DNA of 63,320 bases, the filler included, from Octopus bimaculoides (taxonomy: Eukaryota): the NCBI RefSeq assembly GCF_001194135.2. It is 7 parts of 6 records of this genome, joined end to end, with 100 filler letters (N's around TTAATTAATTAA, not from the genome) between each part and the next. Parts side by side here need not be neighbours in the genome. Positions count along the whole stretch, not along the records: positions 44,436 to 53,085 come from NC_068985.1; positions 53,186 to 61,439 come from NC_068985.1; positions 61,540 to 63,320 come from NW_026424672.1; 4 more parts are not named here. One strand, given 5' to 3'. The position numbers and the translations under genes were made by a program. Shown one piece after another: positions 51,892 through 63,320 of the stretch. The notes beneath the pieces are model-generated. The model ran no database searches and had not been told where the DNA came from. It saw only the letters and a list, made by a program, of their open reading frames with translations. The number at the start of each line of letters is the position of its first letter. Position 1 is the first letter of the stretch.

Positions 51892-52287
51892 GTGGAGGCG
51901 CAATGGCCCAGTGGTTAGGGCAGCGGACTCGCGGTCATAGGATCGCGGTTTCGATTCCCAGACCGGGCGTTGTAAGTGTTTATTGAGCGAAAACACCTAA
52001 AGCTCCACGAAGCTCCGGTAGTGGGTAGTGGGTAGTGGTGAACCCTGCTGTACTCTTTCACTACAACTTTCTCTCACTCTTTCTTCTTGTTTCTGTTGTA
52101 CCTGTATTTCAAAGGGGTCAGCCTTATCACACTGTGTCACGCTGAATATCCCCGAGAACTACGTTAAGGGCACACGTGTCTGTGGAGTGCTCAGCCACTT
52201 GCACGTTAATTTCACGAGCAGGCTGTTCCGTTGATCGGATCGACTGGAACACTTGACGTCGTAAGCAACGGAGTGCCAACAACAACA
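51892..52287 (+). mobile_element. Full-length family A SINE with (AAC)n tail
   Basis: Head at 51892, a small internal GTGGGTA duplication, and tail GAGTGCCAACAACAAC. Confidence 0.92.
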
Positions 52288-53220
52288 ATTATCTATTTAT
52301 CGATCTATCAATCTATATTGATATAGGGTAAAATTAATAATTTTACCAAGTAGTTCGGAATGTTAAAAGAACCATTGTCGGTAAACTTATACAAAAGTTT
52401 TATAATTATAAGCATAATTATAATTAGGGTTCTTATGGTAGTGGAATAATATTTAGATGTTATTTCTAAATTTCGGTATGTGGTGAAGCAATTTTGCTGA
52501 GCCCTAATTATAATTATGCTCATAATTATAAAATTTTTGTATCTGTCTATCTATCTATCTATTATTCCCTCATTTTCTTTCTCATCCTCCTCTCCCTCTA
52601 GTGCAGTGGAATTAATAATTCCTTCGATCAAACGCCCAATTGATTAATTGATTGTAGGAATGAGTTTATTGAGTCAATGAAACAACATAACCCAGAAATA
52701 GTTGAAAACTAAGTGCTCTCAGACACAGAAAAAGCCTTAAACAGAGAAGAAAGTAGCTATGGGAGCTGAAAAGATAATTGTATCCAATAAAACAGAAGAA
52801 TTACTGTAACTAAAAAACAAGCTTGTGTAAAACTGTTATCACAATGTTTTGGAACTATACATTTTCCTACTTGTGGTTTGGTTCTTCCTTTTGGAGGACA
52901 GAGAAAAAGTAACATTCATTAGTTCTTTTAAATAATTAAAAAAAAAAAATCCCTTCTCATCAAGGAAACGGGGATATTATAGCGTAGACACTTGCGGGGG
53001 AGGAAAAATTCCAAAACGTTGTCTTATAATGTTAGCATAATCGGAAGTCGAATCCTGTGCCTCGCCTTCTTCCTTATTTCATCCTNNNNNNNNNNNNNNN
53101 NNNNNNNNNNNNNNNNNNNNNNNNNNNNNTTAATTAATTAANNNNNNNNNNNNNNNNNNNNNNNNNNNNNNNNNNNNNNNNNNNNTAAAGAAGTACAAAC
53201 AAACATATATATATATATAT

Positions 53221-53256
<36 letters not shown>

Positions 53257-55025
53257 CGAATACCAATCTCAGTCCCAGATTGAATATATTTAGAACACAA
53301 ATATAAAGAAAATATAAATGGTTTTATCTACAGGACGAATTTAAAATGTTCCCGTTTGAATGCTAGTTTATGTTAGCATTTAGAATAGGCTAAATCACTG
53401 TATATAGAAAGATTCTCCAAGACTGATTTTGGATTGTTCTTTCACAAACTGATATTACATTTTAAAGGCAATGAAATGAAGTTGTTTTTACGTTCTTCTT
53501 GACTAAATGCAATTTTAGTGCAATTGACATTTTCTGCTTCTCTTTCCATTACTTACCGTATGTTAACAATTACGGCTATTAGCCGTGCTAGCCTCATTTA
53601 ATTCATGAAGGGAAAACAGGCTCCATTTTGCAAGCAGAATAATTAACTATAATTACTGAGCATTCATATATGTTTCAAAGATGAAATGTTTTGTATGACA
53701 TAACGGTTCGTTATTTTATTTCAATATGTTTTCTTTAAAAAGCTATAGGTTGTCCGATTACAGATTCAGCAAAAGTCATGAAAAAATAGATCTTGATATT
53801 GAAATAAATTATTACTGCAAAGTAAGTTCCATAAAAACAACTTTATTACAGCGGAATGGGCGTTTTTCATATTTAGAAATATTCAAATAAAAGCCAGCCC
53901 CTGTGGTGTTTTCTGTAGGCGAATCAAATTATTGAATAACTAAGCGATAAATTAAATTATGTCGTGTGGTAATTCGTCACTGATATTAATTCTGTCACAT
54001 AATAGTTTATTTACAATTTAGAATTATTTGACAAGCAAAGCAGAATTTCTGCTATGTTTGTTTACCGTTGCTCCTTATTCATGTATACCCCACGAACAAA
54101 TCAATTTGGCACGTTAGTATTACCAGGTTGCTACGATAATTGAAAAAAATATGAATTTCTGTAAAGGTTTGTGAAATTCTCCTTGTAATATCAGTCCACC
54201 TATACAAATACTTCAAATAGGAAGCTTCTATTAATTAGATCACTAGTCTGAACTCGGGAACAAAACTAGTTTCCGCGTTTTCTTATATTCGTTCTCTTTT
54301 AAAACTCATGTTTACATCTGCAATATATAAGGAATGATTCTGGATCTTCCAACTGCACATTCAATAAAAAGATTATTTCCACAATATTGGTTACATTAAA
54401 GAATGATAGCTGGAAACATTAAAAAACAGATTAAGTTTAATAGAAAGAAACAGAAGAAGGCAGACAATTACCCATTTCATAAAAGTATTTGCTTACAGCT
54501 GGCGCTTAACCAATGCATTTTTCTGTTTCTCTTGAACTTTTGCAAAAAACAAGTTATGATATATTAATTATTTTTTTTTATAAACTGAGAGAAGTGATTT
54601 ACCAGTATGTGTCGTCACAAGATGTGTTTTGCCTTGGCATCAGGAAAATAATTCCTATCAAAGAAATATGAGTTAGTTTCTCAGTAAGTAATTGCATTCA
54701 AAGGTGCGTATATGTTTCTTTCGAACGCTTATCCATATGTGGCCCACTAAACCAGCAATAAATGATAACAAACTACACTGATGCTCATTTTGTCGCATCT
54801 AGTCCTCAAACCACATCTCGTTTATCATGCATAAGTTCAGAATTATGTCACCTTACACTATTACCGCCTCATTTTTGTATATGAGATTTTCTGGGATAAT
54901 TTGTTTTTGTGTTAAGATAGTAGTAACTGATATAATGATGATTAACGACTGTAAATTTTGTGTGGAATAAATGTATATAGGTCTCCTACTTGGTGATTTA
55001 CACACACACACATACACACACACAT

Positions 55026-55064
<39 letters not shown>

Positions 55065-56825
55065 AATACGTAAGCATATACATGTATATATATATGTGTG
55101 TGTGTGCGTGTGCGTCTAAATATAGGTAATTACATCAACATACACACATATTTATATTGGTTTAATTCATCATATATATCGTGTAAAGTTTTGAACGATA
55201 TGTTAAATGTAATGTCGGTTTCAAATTGTGCCACAGGTCCAGGAATTTCGAGGAAGGGGGCAATTCGGTTACGACGATCTCAACGCTCAGTTGATACTCA
55301 TTCTGTCAACCCCGGAAGGATGAAAGACAAAGTCGACCTCAGCAGAAATTGAACTTAACATGTAAAAGCTGAGGAAACGACGCTAAACCTTTTACCCGGC
55401 ATACTAACGATTCTTCTAGATCATGCCTTAATATTAAGGGTAATATTGCCATATAATATAATTAATCCAATGTAACAAGTTATACCTCAAGCTACATCAT
55501 GTCTATGGTTTCCATCCTACAGCTATCTTTACAGATTTATGTTTGCAAAATTTTCGTTTTGAATGTAAATTTTCTGATTCCAGGGTTATTACTATTATAT
55601 TCTATGTTGAGGCTAGAAAGCTAAATCTCCAAATACCTTATAAATTAAAACATTTAGATTCCGTTTATTCTGATTAAAGCGAAGCAGGAATTTTCTGAGA
55701 AACCTAGTAAGTTTGTGAATGAATATAATTTTAATTGCTATTGCACTTAATTACTAAAACATTCCTGTTAACTTTTCCGATCAGTCATTTAATTTCATGT
55801 GGAAACTATGTGATGATTTCTAATAACAATAACGAATATTTGAATTTGCATTACATCTTAAATAAGCATTAGCAGATAATCTAATTGAGGAGCTTACAAC
55901 ATACACACGCTTATATAGCTCGTTATAAATTATCATATTTATATATATAATTTAACGTATATATGCATCAGTATGTATATATTTTCTCTAAACTATTGTT
56001 GTTATAAAGTAATTCTTTGTAATTTCAATACGGTTTCCTAATGATTCGTTTATTCCATAGTTTCTCTCTTTGTGCGGTTAAACTATGTTGGAAACACTAA
56101 ATTTCAGGTAAGAACTGTCTCAATTAAAATTTTGCATCATGATTTTCCCAATTCTACCATTCGTTACGAGAACATGCACACGTGTATGCATGTACATATA
56201 TGCATATTTACATATACATATATGCATATTTACATATACATATGTGAGCATATTTGTTTCATTTCTCAGCGGGTCTGAGAGAAAAGTTAGTTTATTCTAA
56301 ATGTAATCTGCTCAGTGAAATAATTTCTAGATACAATATAATAGACAAATTGGTATGTTTTGTAATCCTGTGAATGAAACCAATAATATGAGAATATTGT
56401 GCAAGTTTATTTAGAACATTGTATATAATTCTACCTGTAGCGAACGCTAGTATTCCTTACATTTTAATATAATTGTAAGCAATCAGTAAAAGATTGTCGT
56501 GAGCAATGTTATTAGTACATGGGACATTCATCTATTGAAATAAAGATAAACTATACGTACACTATCAACATGAATCGTTTGTTTTCCTAACCGAATCTCT
56601 TCCTGACCTCCCACAAAACTGTTTGCATTTGTGTACAGATGAATTTATGCGATCCTGCTGAGCTATTACTTTATCGATGCCATCGTATGGAATGACTATA
56701 TGATTTAATGTTTTGTTATACTTCACAATAGCGTTCTGGGACACGTCCCTTCCTGACTCCGATTCTTAAAGTCACTGAAAATAACACTCCAGGAGAGTCA
56801 GACAATATGTATATATATATATATA

Positions 56826-57362
56826 TACTCTTTTACTCTTTTACTTGTTTCAGTCATTTGACTGCGGCCATGCTGGAGCACCGCCTTTAGTCGAGCAAAT
56901 CGACCCCGGGACTTATTCTTTGTAAGCCTAGTACTTATTCTATCGGTCTCTTTTGCCGAACCGCTACGTGACGGGGACGTAAACACACCAGCATCGGTTG
57001 TCAAGCAATGCTAGGGGGGCAAACACAGACACACAAACACATACACACACACACACANNNNNNNNNNNNNNNNNNNNNNNNNNNNNNNNNNNNNNNNNNN
57101 NNNNNNNNNNNNNNNNNNNNNNNNNNNNNNNNNNNNNNNNNNNNNNNNNNNNNNNNNNNNNNNNNNNNNNNNNNNNNNNNNNNNNNNNNNNNNNNNNNNN
57201 NNNNNNNNNNNNNNNNNNNNNNNNNNNNNNNNNNNNNNNNNNNNNNNNNNNNNNNNNNNNNNNNNNNNNNNNNNNNNNNNNNNNNNNNNNNNNNNNNNNN
57301 NNNNNNNNNNNNNNNNNGAACTATGCGGTTCGTAAGGAAACTACTTACCACACATCCACTCC
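56826..57362 (-). mobile_element. Family C SINE spanning an N gap
   Basis: Tail at 56826-57057 and head remnant CTACTTACCACACATCCACTCC at 57340-57362. Confidence 0.85.
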
Positions 57363-58329
57363 TTAGAACATGTTATTTTTTAGAAAATCAACGTCGCTAC
57401 GAATGGTGCAGAGCTAAGCAACAGTATTTAAAATCACTGATTATAATCATATTGGCACACGTCACTCAATTTGAGAGAAACGGAAAAAACAACAGTTAAA
57501 TATTCCCAGGAGATGCCATTCTTTATAACACCATAACGCTCTTTAAAGTGAAAGTATGGGCACTAACAAATGGCCGATATGTGACAGAGGCAAAACAGAA
57601 CTTATTAATTCAACTGTACTATGATTAAAACGTGTGCCTAAACTCTATCGCTTGATTTACATCTGTAAGTTTAGAATGACTGTTTGTTCGTAGCAGCCCA
57701 CGCGACAGTTGATAGAAAATGTTCTTTATAAAACAAGAAAGGCTGCGAGTAAATAGGAAATCATGTTTAAAAGCCGTTGATGGATTTCTGAAAATATTTA
57801 ATACCTACTTGAATTATGAGTATGAATAAGTGCTTATACACACGAGCAGTTATGTGCACATATGTATGTGTACTTAGAAATAAAATAATTCAGATGCACA
57901 TAGGCAACGTGCACTACATATACACACATATATACGTGCACAATATATATCTGAACGCAAATATAGACTTATGTATAGATATTTCCATCAAGGAGACAAC
58001 GTGGAGTTTCATCTAATCTCTAATATAGACAATTGTTGCTGGTTAAAAACCAATCAATTATGTATTAAGAGTGAAACTGGAAACATAAGGCTAAAGTGCA
58101 ACATACACTCTACATAACCTCCTTAAAACATCATTAAACGTGTGACTTGTCTGGAACAGTTTAATCTGGTTTGCAATTAGATATGTCATTGACAGATAAA
58201 AATGGTGAATGAATTCAAAATCGAGTGACGCGTGCCAATATGATTATAATCAGTGATTTTAAATACTGTTGCTTAGCTCTGCACCATTCGTAGCGACGTT
58301 GAGTTTCTAAAAAGATAGCATGTTCTAAG
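57362..58329. repeat. Inverted repeat pair (57362-57472 / 58218-58329), about 110 bp arms
   Basis: CAACGTCGCTACGAATGGTGCAGAGCTAAGCAA...GATTATAATCATATTGGCAC versus its reverse complement, with only a few mismatches. Confidence 0.9.
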
Positions 58330-60017
58330 TTTTCAATTAAAACACTCCGGTAATTTAGAAAAGCAATATTCCACTTTCTTTGATCTTATATTCCCTGTAA
58401 TTATGAAGCTTCATACTACACGATAAAATATAAATTTGCACAGAGAAAATTATATATATCAGTTACAAAGTTGATGTTAACCACTGAAAGACTTCATGTT
58501 AGTTTTTCGAGTCATAGTTTATGATGGAGTGACACCAGTGATTTTGATTATTTTCAAATTATCTGATGTTGCTGCTTCTTTCTTAAAAAACACAAACACA
58601 TACGCACTTCCAACATGTTGTTTTCTTAAAGTAGGATAACATTTTCGTATGCGCGTATACAAACGTACACAAATGTGTACAATGATATTCCTTATTCTCA
58701 ATCGTATTCAAACATTTTTCTCGTCTTAGATTTGAAAACTACTCAATAACATGTAGGAATTTCTTTTCTCTCGAAGGAAACTCAATCTTGAGTCGAAAAA
58801 TTTAGAATTAGATATCGTATAAGGTATATCGCTCAATCTTCTTTCTATATATTGACGATTGATGGTTTAAAATATTTCTTCCAAAACTTAAAATTAGGTT
58901 TAATGCAATTAGTAAAATTATTTTGATTTTTCATATTGTTCTACGATGTGTATCTTCAAATGCATCACCATCTTATTTCTTTTTTTTCAGTGATGCGAAC
59001 TGCTTGAAATCCTAGAGGATACGTACAATTGATAACATAATATATACGGTTTCGTGGCATCTTATATTCAGTCAAAACCCCAATGCGGGAAATTTCCATC
59101 TTCAATACAACACACATTTGCTTCAGTGAACTTGTAGCTTGTGAAATAAATCAATATTTTATCAGCTGTGTCACAAGAAAATAGAGCGATTCTGAAAAGA
59201 TAGATGTATGATGAAAAGAAACGACTACTATTATGTATATTGCCTCAATTAAATCACTATAGATTAATGTCTTAATGTAATGACATGTTGAAAGAAACTT
59301 ACGAAGACAATATTTTAGATAAAGGAATGATTTGTACATATAAATAGAAATATAAACTGCTCTCCATGAAAAGAATCGTGCCTGTGGCAAAGAGATTCAA
59401 GTCATGCTGATTCAAGTATATCATTATGATCTTATTAATCAGAATAAAACTACAAATGTAATAGAATTTAATGATAAACTTCTAAGAAGAGGTTTCCATT
59501 TCAAACATATTCACTGTATTCTTTTCTCTTCGCCTACATAACTACAAACAACCTCATAGAGGAATTGTCTTTTATTTGGTCGATTTTGTATGAGAAAATT
59601 TAATGCGAATATGCAATTCGTTCCGAAAGTATTATATTATAAACATAGTTATACGAGAAACATAAGAGAGGATCAGTTCTTGAAACGAGGCTAGTTAAAT
59701 GCAATATATTTTAAAGACGTCCTTAACCAATGTGCCATAAAGGAACCACTTCAGTTATATTGATTACATCAATCTCTTTCTATGCATTTGCCTTCATTGT
59801 CGTCTTTCCATCTCCTCATTTCACACGAGTATAAATATACACACACTGTATATCATGTGTGCATATATATTTGCATATATACATACATATAAATACATAT
59901 ACGTGTATAACAACGTTCATTTACCTGTCTATCTTTACACAATCACATACACTTGCACAGACACAGACGCACATCTACACACAAACACACGCAAATACAC
60001 ACACACACACACGCATA

Positions 60018-60078
<61 letters not shown>

Positions 60079-61383
60079 GCTAAAACTTTCCCATCTAAAT
60101 ACGAAAACGAATGCAGTGTAAAATCATTTGGCACACTTACTGCAAGAGCGTCACTGAATGAATATTTCGTTACGAACAAAGAATGCATCCGTTAGCTGCA
60201 TGCCAAGCTATCAGTCACATGGCGTTCTTGATTAATTCAATCAAACGCCTATCCGTTATGGTGATATTGATAGGAAGAATATAAATTGTATTATACGTGC
60301 TATTGATAACATTGCAATGATTTAATCTTGCATATTGAAGCTGCTGCATATATAAGCTCACTCGTGCATATACACCGACAAGAAATGGTTAGAAAATATA
60401 TTTTAATGTAATTTAAAACACATAATCAATAATCTTATATATAATTTTTTTGATATATTGTTCCTATCTTGTGAGAAATAGGAAATATTCTAAATGGTTT
60501 TACTAGAATGATCTCTAAAGAATCCATAAAACATCAATGAGTGTGAGGATGAAGAGACTGTTGTATTGAGCCAGATTAGTTCATAGGTATATATCTTATT
60601 GATCGGGAAAAATAAAGGGCAGATTTAAACCGTTTAATATTTGGAACCGAAGCAATACGTCTAATATTTTTGACATGTCGCATATGTAATGATTATATTT
60701 AGAAGAATTCGCATTTCAAAATGAACACGTATATAATGGAGATTTGAGTAGAAATCCATGTTACCTGGAGAAGCATCCCGAAGTTCTTTAGGCATATTTC
60801 CATTCATGTAACACAAAATGGACACTTATATCAGAAATTATCTATTGTGATTAAGAACAATGTCAATATTTCATAATTATTACAGTATCAATACATCCTG
60901 GCTCATATAAAGATAAATTATTACAAAATTAAGCACTGCACCTGTCTATCTTTATCTCTTTCTCATACATCATTATAATCATCATCAGCAGCAGCAACAG
61001 GAGCACTTTAGCAGTAGCAGGCAAAGCGCCGAGCTACACCAGTTTCCAAACTCTGTTTTGGCATAGTTTTCCCTCCCCGACACAAACAATTCTACAAATT
61101 CTAGAGGGTGACTTTTATGTAGTAACAGCAAACGTCTCTTGTGCCTTTTATCTGGGACTGACAACAACAGGGTCACGAAGCGATTTGCGAGACGAATACC
61201 TCTCAACTGGAACAGAGAGAGATTACAACGACGGCAAGTCGTTTTGTTCTCAGCATTTGAAAACTAAGCGTCGGAGATAACTGTGTTACTGAGGGGAATA
61301 TATTTCACTGCATCACTAGGGAAAAAGAGGAGAGGAAGCACAGAAAGATAAAGAGACACTCAGATTCACAGAGAGAGAGAGAT

Positions 61384-61439
<56 letters not shown>

Positions 61440-61539
61440 NNNNNNNNNNNNNNNNNNNNNNNNNNNNNNNNNNNNNNNNNNNNTTAATTAATTAANNNNN
61501 NNNNNNNNNNNNNNNNNNNNNNNNNNNNNNNNNNNNNNN

Positions 61540-62320
61540 GTATTATGATAATAAAAAACATAAACATAATTGTAATGGACAAAATAATAAGATTAAATTT
61601 AATTCATTTAATGATAAAAATAAATATAACAATATAAATAATGAATATGATAATATCAATAATATCAACAAAATTTGGCTAATTATTCCTTATGGCGTTC
61701 AAGTTAAAACTAACATTATTAAAAAGATAATTGATATATTCCCTAGAGATAATAAATAATATAATATTTTTTCTAGTAAAAATTTAGGAGTATGTTATTC
61801 TACTACTAATAATGTTGGTAACATTATTTCTTCTTTTAAAAGATTTAAGTTAAATAAGTTTTACAAATATAAATTAAGTACTTAATTCTAATAGTAATAA
61901 TAAGGATCAGGGTATAATTAATTGTACATGTAGAGATAGGACCAAATGTAAATTTAATAATAAATGTGATTTGAAGGATGTGGTTTATAAATGTATAGTG
62001 ACTTTAATGGATGGGAATAAATTTAATGGTTATAATTTAAATAAGATTTACATAGGAACGACTTCGGATAAAACTAAATTACGTATGGCTCAACACATGA
62101 ATTCGTTTAAGAATAGAAATTTGATTAATTCTACTGGCCTTAGTGAATATATTTCTATAAGTATTAAATACATTTCAAATTGGGAGATAGTTTGTAATTA
62201 TTGTAAGTTGTGTACTAATGAATTTAAGGAGATATTGTTAAATAATAATAATACTTTGATTAACTCCATTGGTGACGTAAAATTAAATGTAGACATAAAT
62301 CAAATTGTTTAAATAATAAG
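61540..62320 (+). mobile_element. Penelope-like element 3' fragment (RT thumb/linker plus GIY-YIG endonuclease), Naiad-like, degenerate
   Basis: IWLIIPY..VKTNI; YS...NVGNIISS; C-x-C-x5-C-x5-C (61923-61967); VVYKC...KIYIGTT...KLRMAQH..SF...NSTGLSEYI...W..CKLC..E; and CRH in a shifted frame at 62288. There is a TAA at 61757 and there are frameshifts. Confidence 0.85.
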
Positions 62321-62464
62321 TTTGGCTAACTGTGTATATATATATATGTATATGTGTGTGTATGCATGTATATATATAGAGATTGATAGAAAGGCCAAAA
62401 AAGAAAGAAAGTGACCTCGATATTATGTAAATACAGGAATTTATCTGTAAACATAATTGACGCT

Positions 62465-62677
62465 TATTCGGTAGCCATGATAAAACTCCGAGTTTTGGAT
62501 GCCAGGGCGGAAACCACGCCGACATCTCTTCACTTATCTGAACATTAAAAATTCCTAGGAATTTTCAATGGCCAGATAATTCCTAAGAATATTCAATGGC
62601 CAGATAACAGAAGAGATGGCGGCGTGAATTTCCGCTCCGGCATCCGAAACTCGGAGTTTTATCATTACTACCAAATA
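62465..62677. mobile_element. GC-rich foldback MITE
   Basis: Arms ATGATAAAACTCCGAGTTTTGGATGCC...ATCTCTTC / GAAGAGATG...GGCATCCGAAACTCGGAGTTTTATCAT, with a central palindrome AAAATTCCTAGGAATTTT and a 28-bp tandem duplication. Confidence 0.8.
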
Positions 62678-62714
62678 TGTGTCACATATTTTTACAGATA
62701 CATACATACATACA

Positions 62715-62780
<66 letters not shown>

Positions 62781-62810
62781 CATGTATTTAAGTTTTATTT
62801 ATAAAATCAA

Positions 62811-63320
62811 AATGTATTTTAGTTTTAATCATAATAAAAAAATTAACTGTATTATAAACATTTACTAGAAATTTTAAAATCTAAATAATTTTATGTTACT
62901 AATTGTAGTAGTTATAATTTGCAATTATAAAGTGTGTATTAATTAGTACGATAATAATTTTTGTGAATATTATATATTAATAATTAAATTATAGTATGAT
63001 TTTTATAAAATAAATAATATGAATATTTTAATTAATTCATTTAATGTAAATATGGTATTTTATAGTATTTTAGCTTCTTTCATATATATTATCTAATTTA
63101 CGTATATTAGTTTTAATTTATTCGTACTAGGCTTACAAAGAATACGTCCTAGGGTCGATTTGTTTCGACTAAAGGCGGTGCTCCAGCCTGGCCGCAGTCA
63201 AATGACTGAAACAAATCAATGACACTAAAAGAAAGTTTAAAGTTATTTAGATTTTAAAATTTCTAGTAACTGTTTATAATACAGTTAATTTTTTTATTAT
63301 GATTAAAACTAAAATACATT
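62811..63320. repeat. AT-rich inverted repeat (62811-62890 / 63241-63320)
   Basis: 78 of 80 positions are complementary. It runs to the window edge and a family C SINE fragment lies between the arms. Confidence 0.9.

Noticed and set aside
60985-61206. 73-aa minus-strand ORF ending in CCCC
   Set aside because: It has a non-ATG start, its Cys run comes from a (CAG)n microsatellite, and I recognise no homology.
61757-61759. Selenocysteine recoding in the Naiad-like ORF
   Set aside because: The interrupting codon is TAA, not TGA, frameshifts are also present, and no SECIS was recognised.

Overview
Repeat-dense, AT-rich eukaryotic DNA, most likely from an octopus; this is inferred from the SINE families and microsatellite load, not proven. 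Six artificial 100-nt spacers (44 N + TTAATTAATTAA + 44 N) cut the window into seven pieces whose adjacency cannot be trusted. Nearly all ORFs in the supplied track are artefacts of microsatellites or N runs. The interpretable content is mostly mobile DNA: at least four tRNA-derived SINE families, CR1/L2-type and RTE LINE relics, Helitron relics, several Tc1/mariner lineages (DD37E, DD41D-like, maT-like, DD34D-like, IR/DR Tc1, pogo MITE), hAT MITEs, and Penelope-like relics including a Naiad-type GIY-YIG and a hammerhead ribozyme core. The only credible host-gene signal is a CFAP65-like exon (29365-29521) whose neighbouring candidate exons appear disabled. I found no complete gene, rRNA, bona fide tRNA or CRISPR array, and I cannot claim a new biological system from this sequence alone. 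The best leads are the possibly pseudogenised CFAP65-like locus, a hammerhead directly behind a tRNA-SINE head, a dispersed 26-28 bp minisatellite with overlapping STAT/NF-kB-like motifs, and several long inverted repeats.
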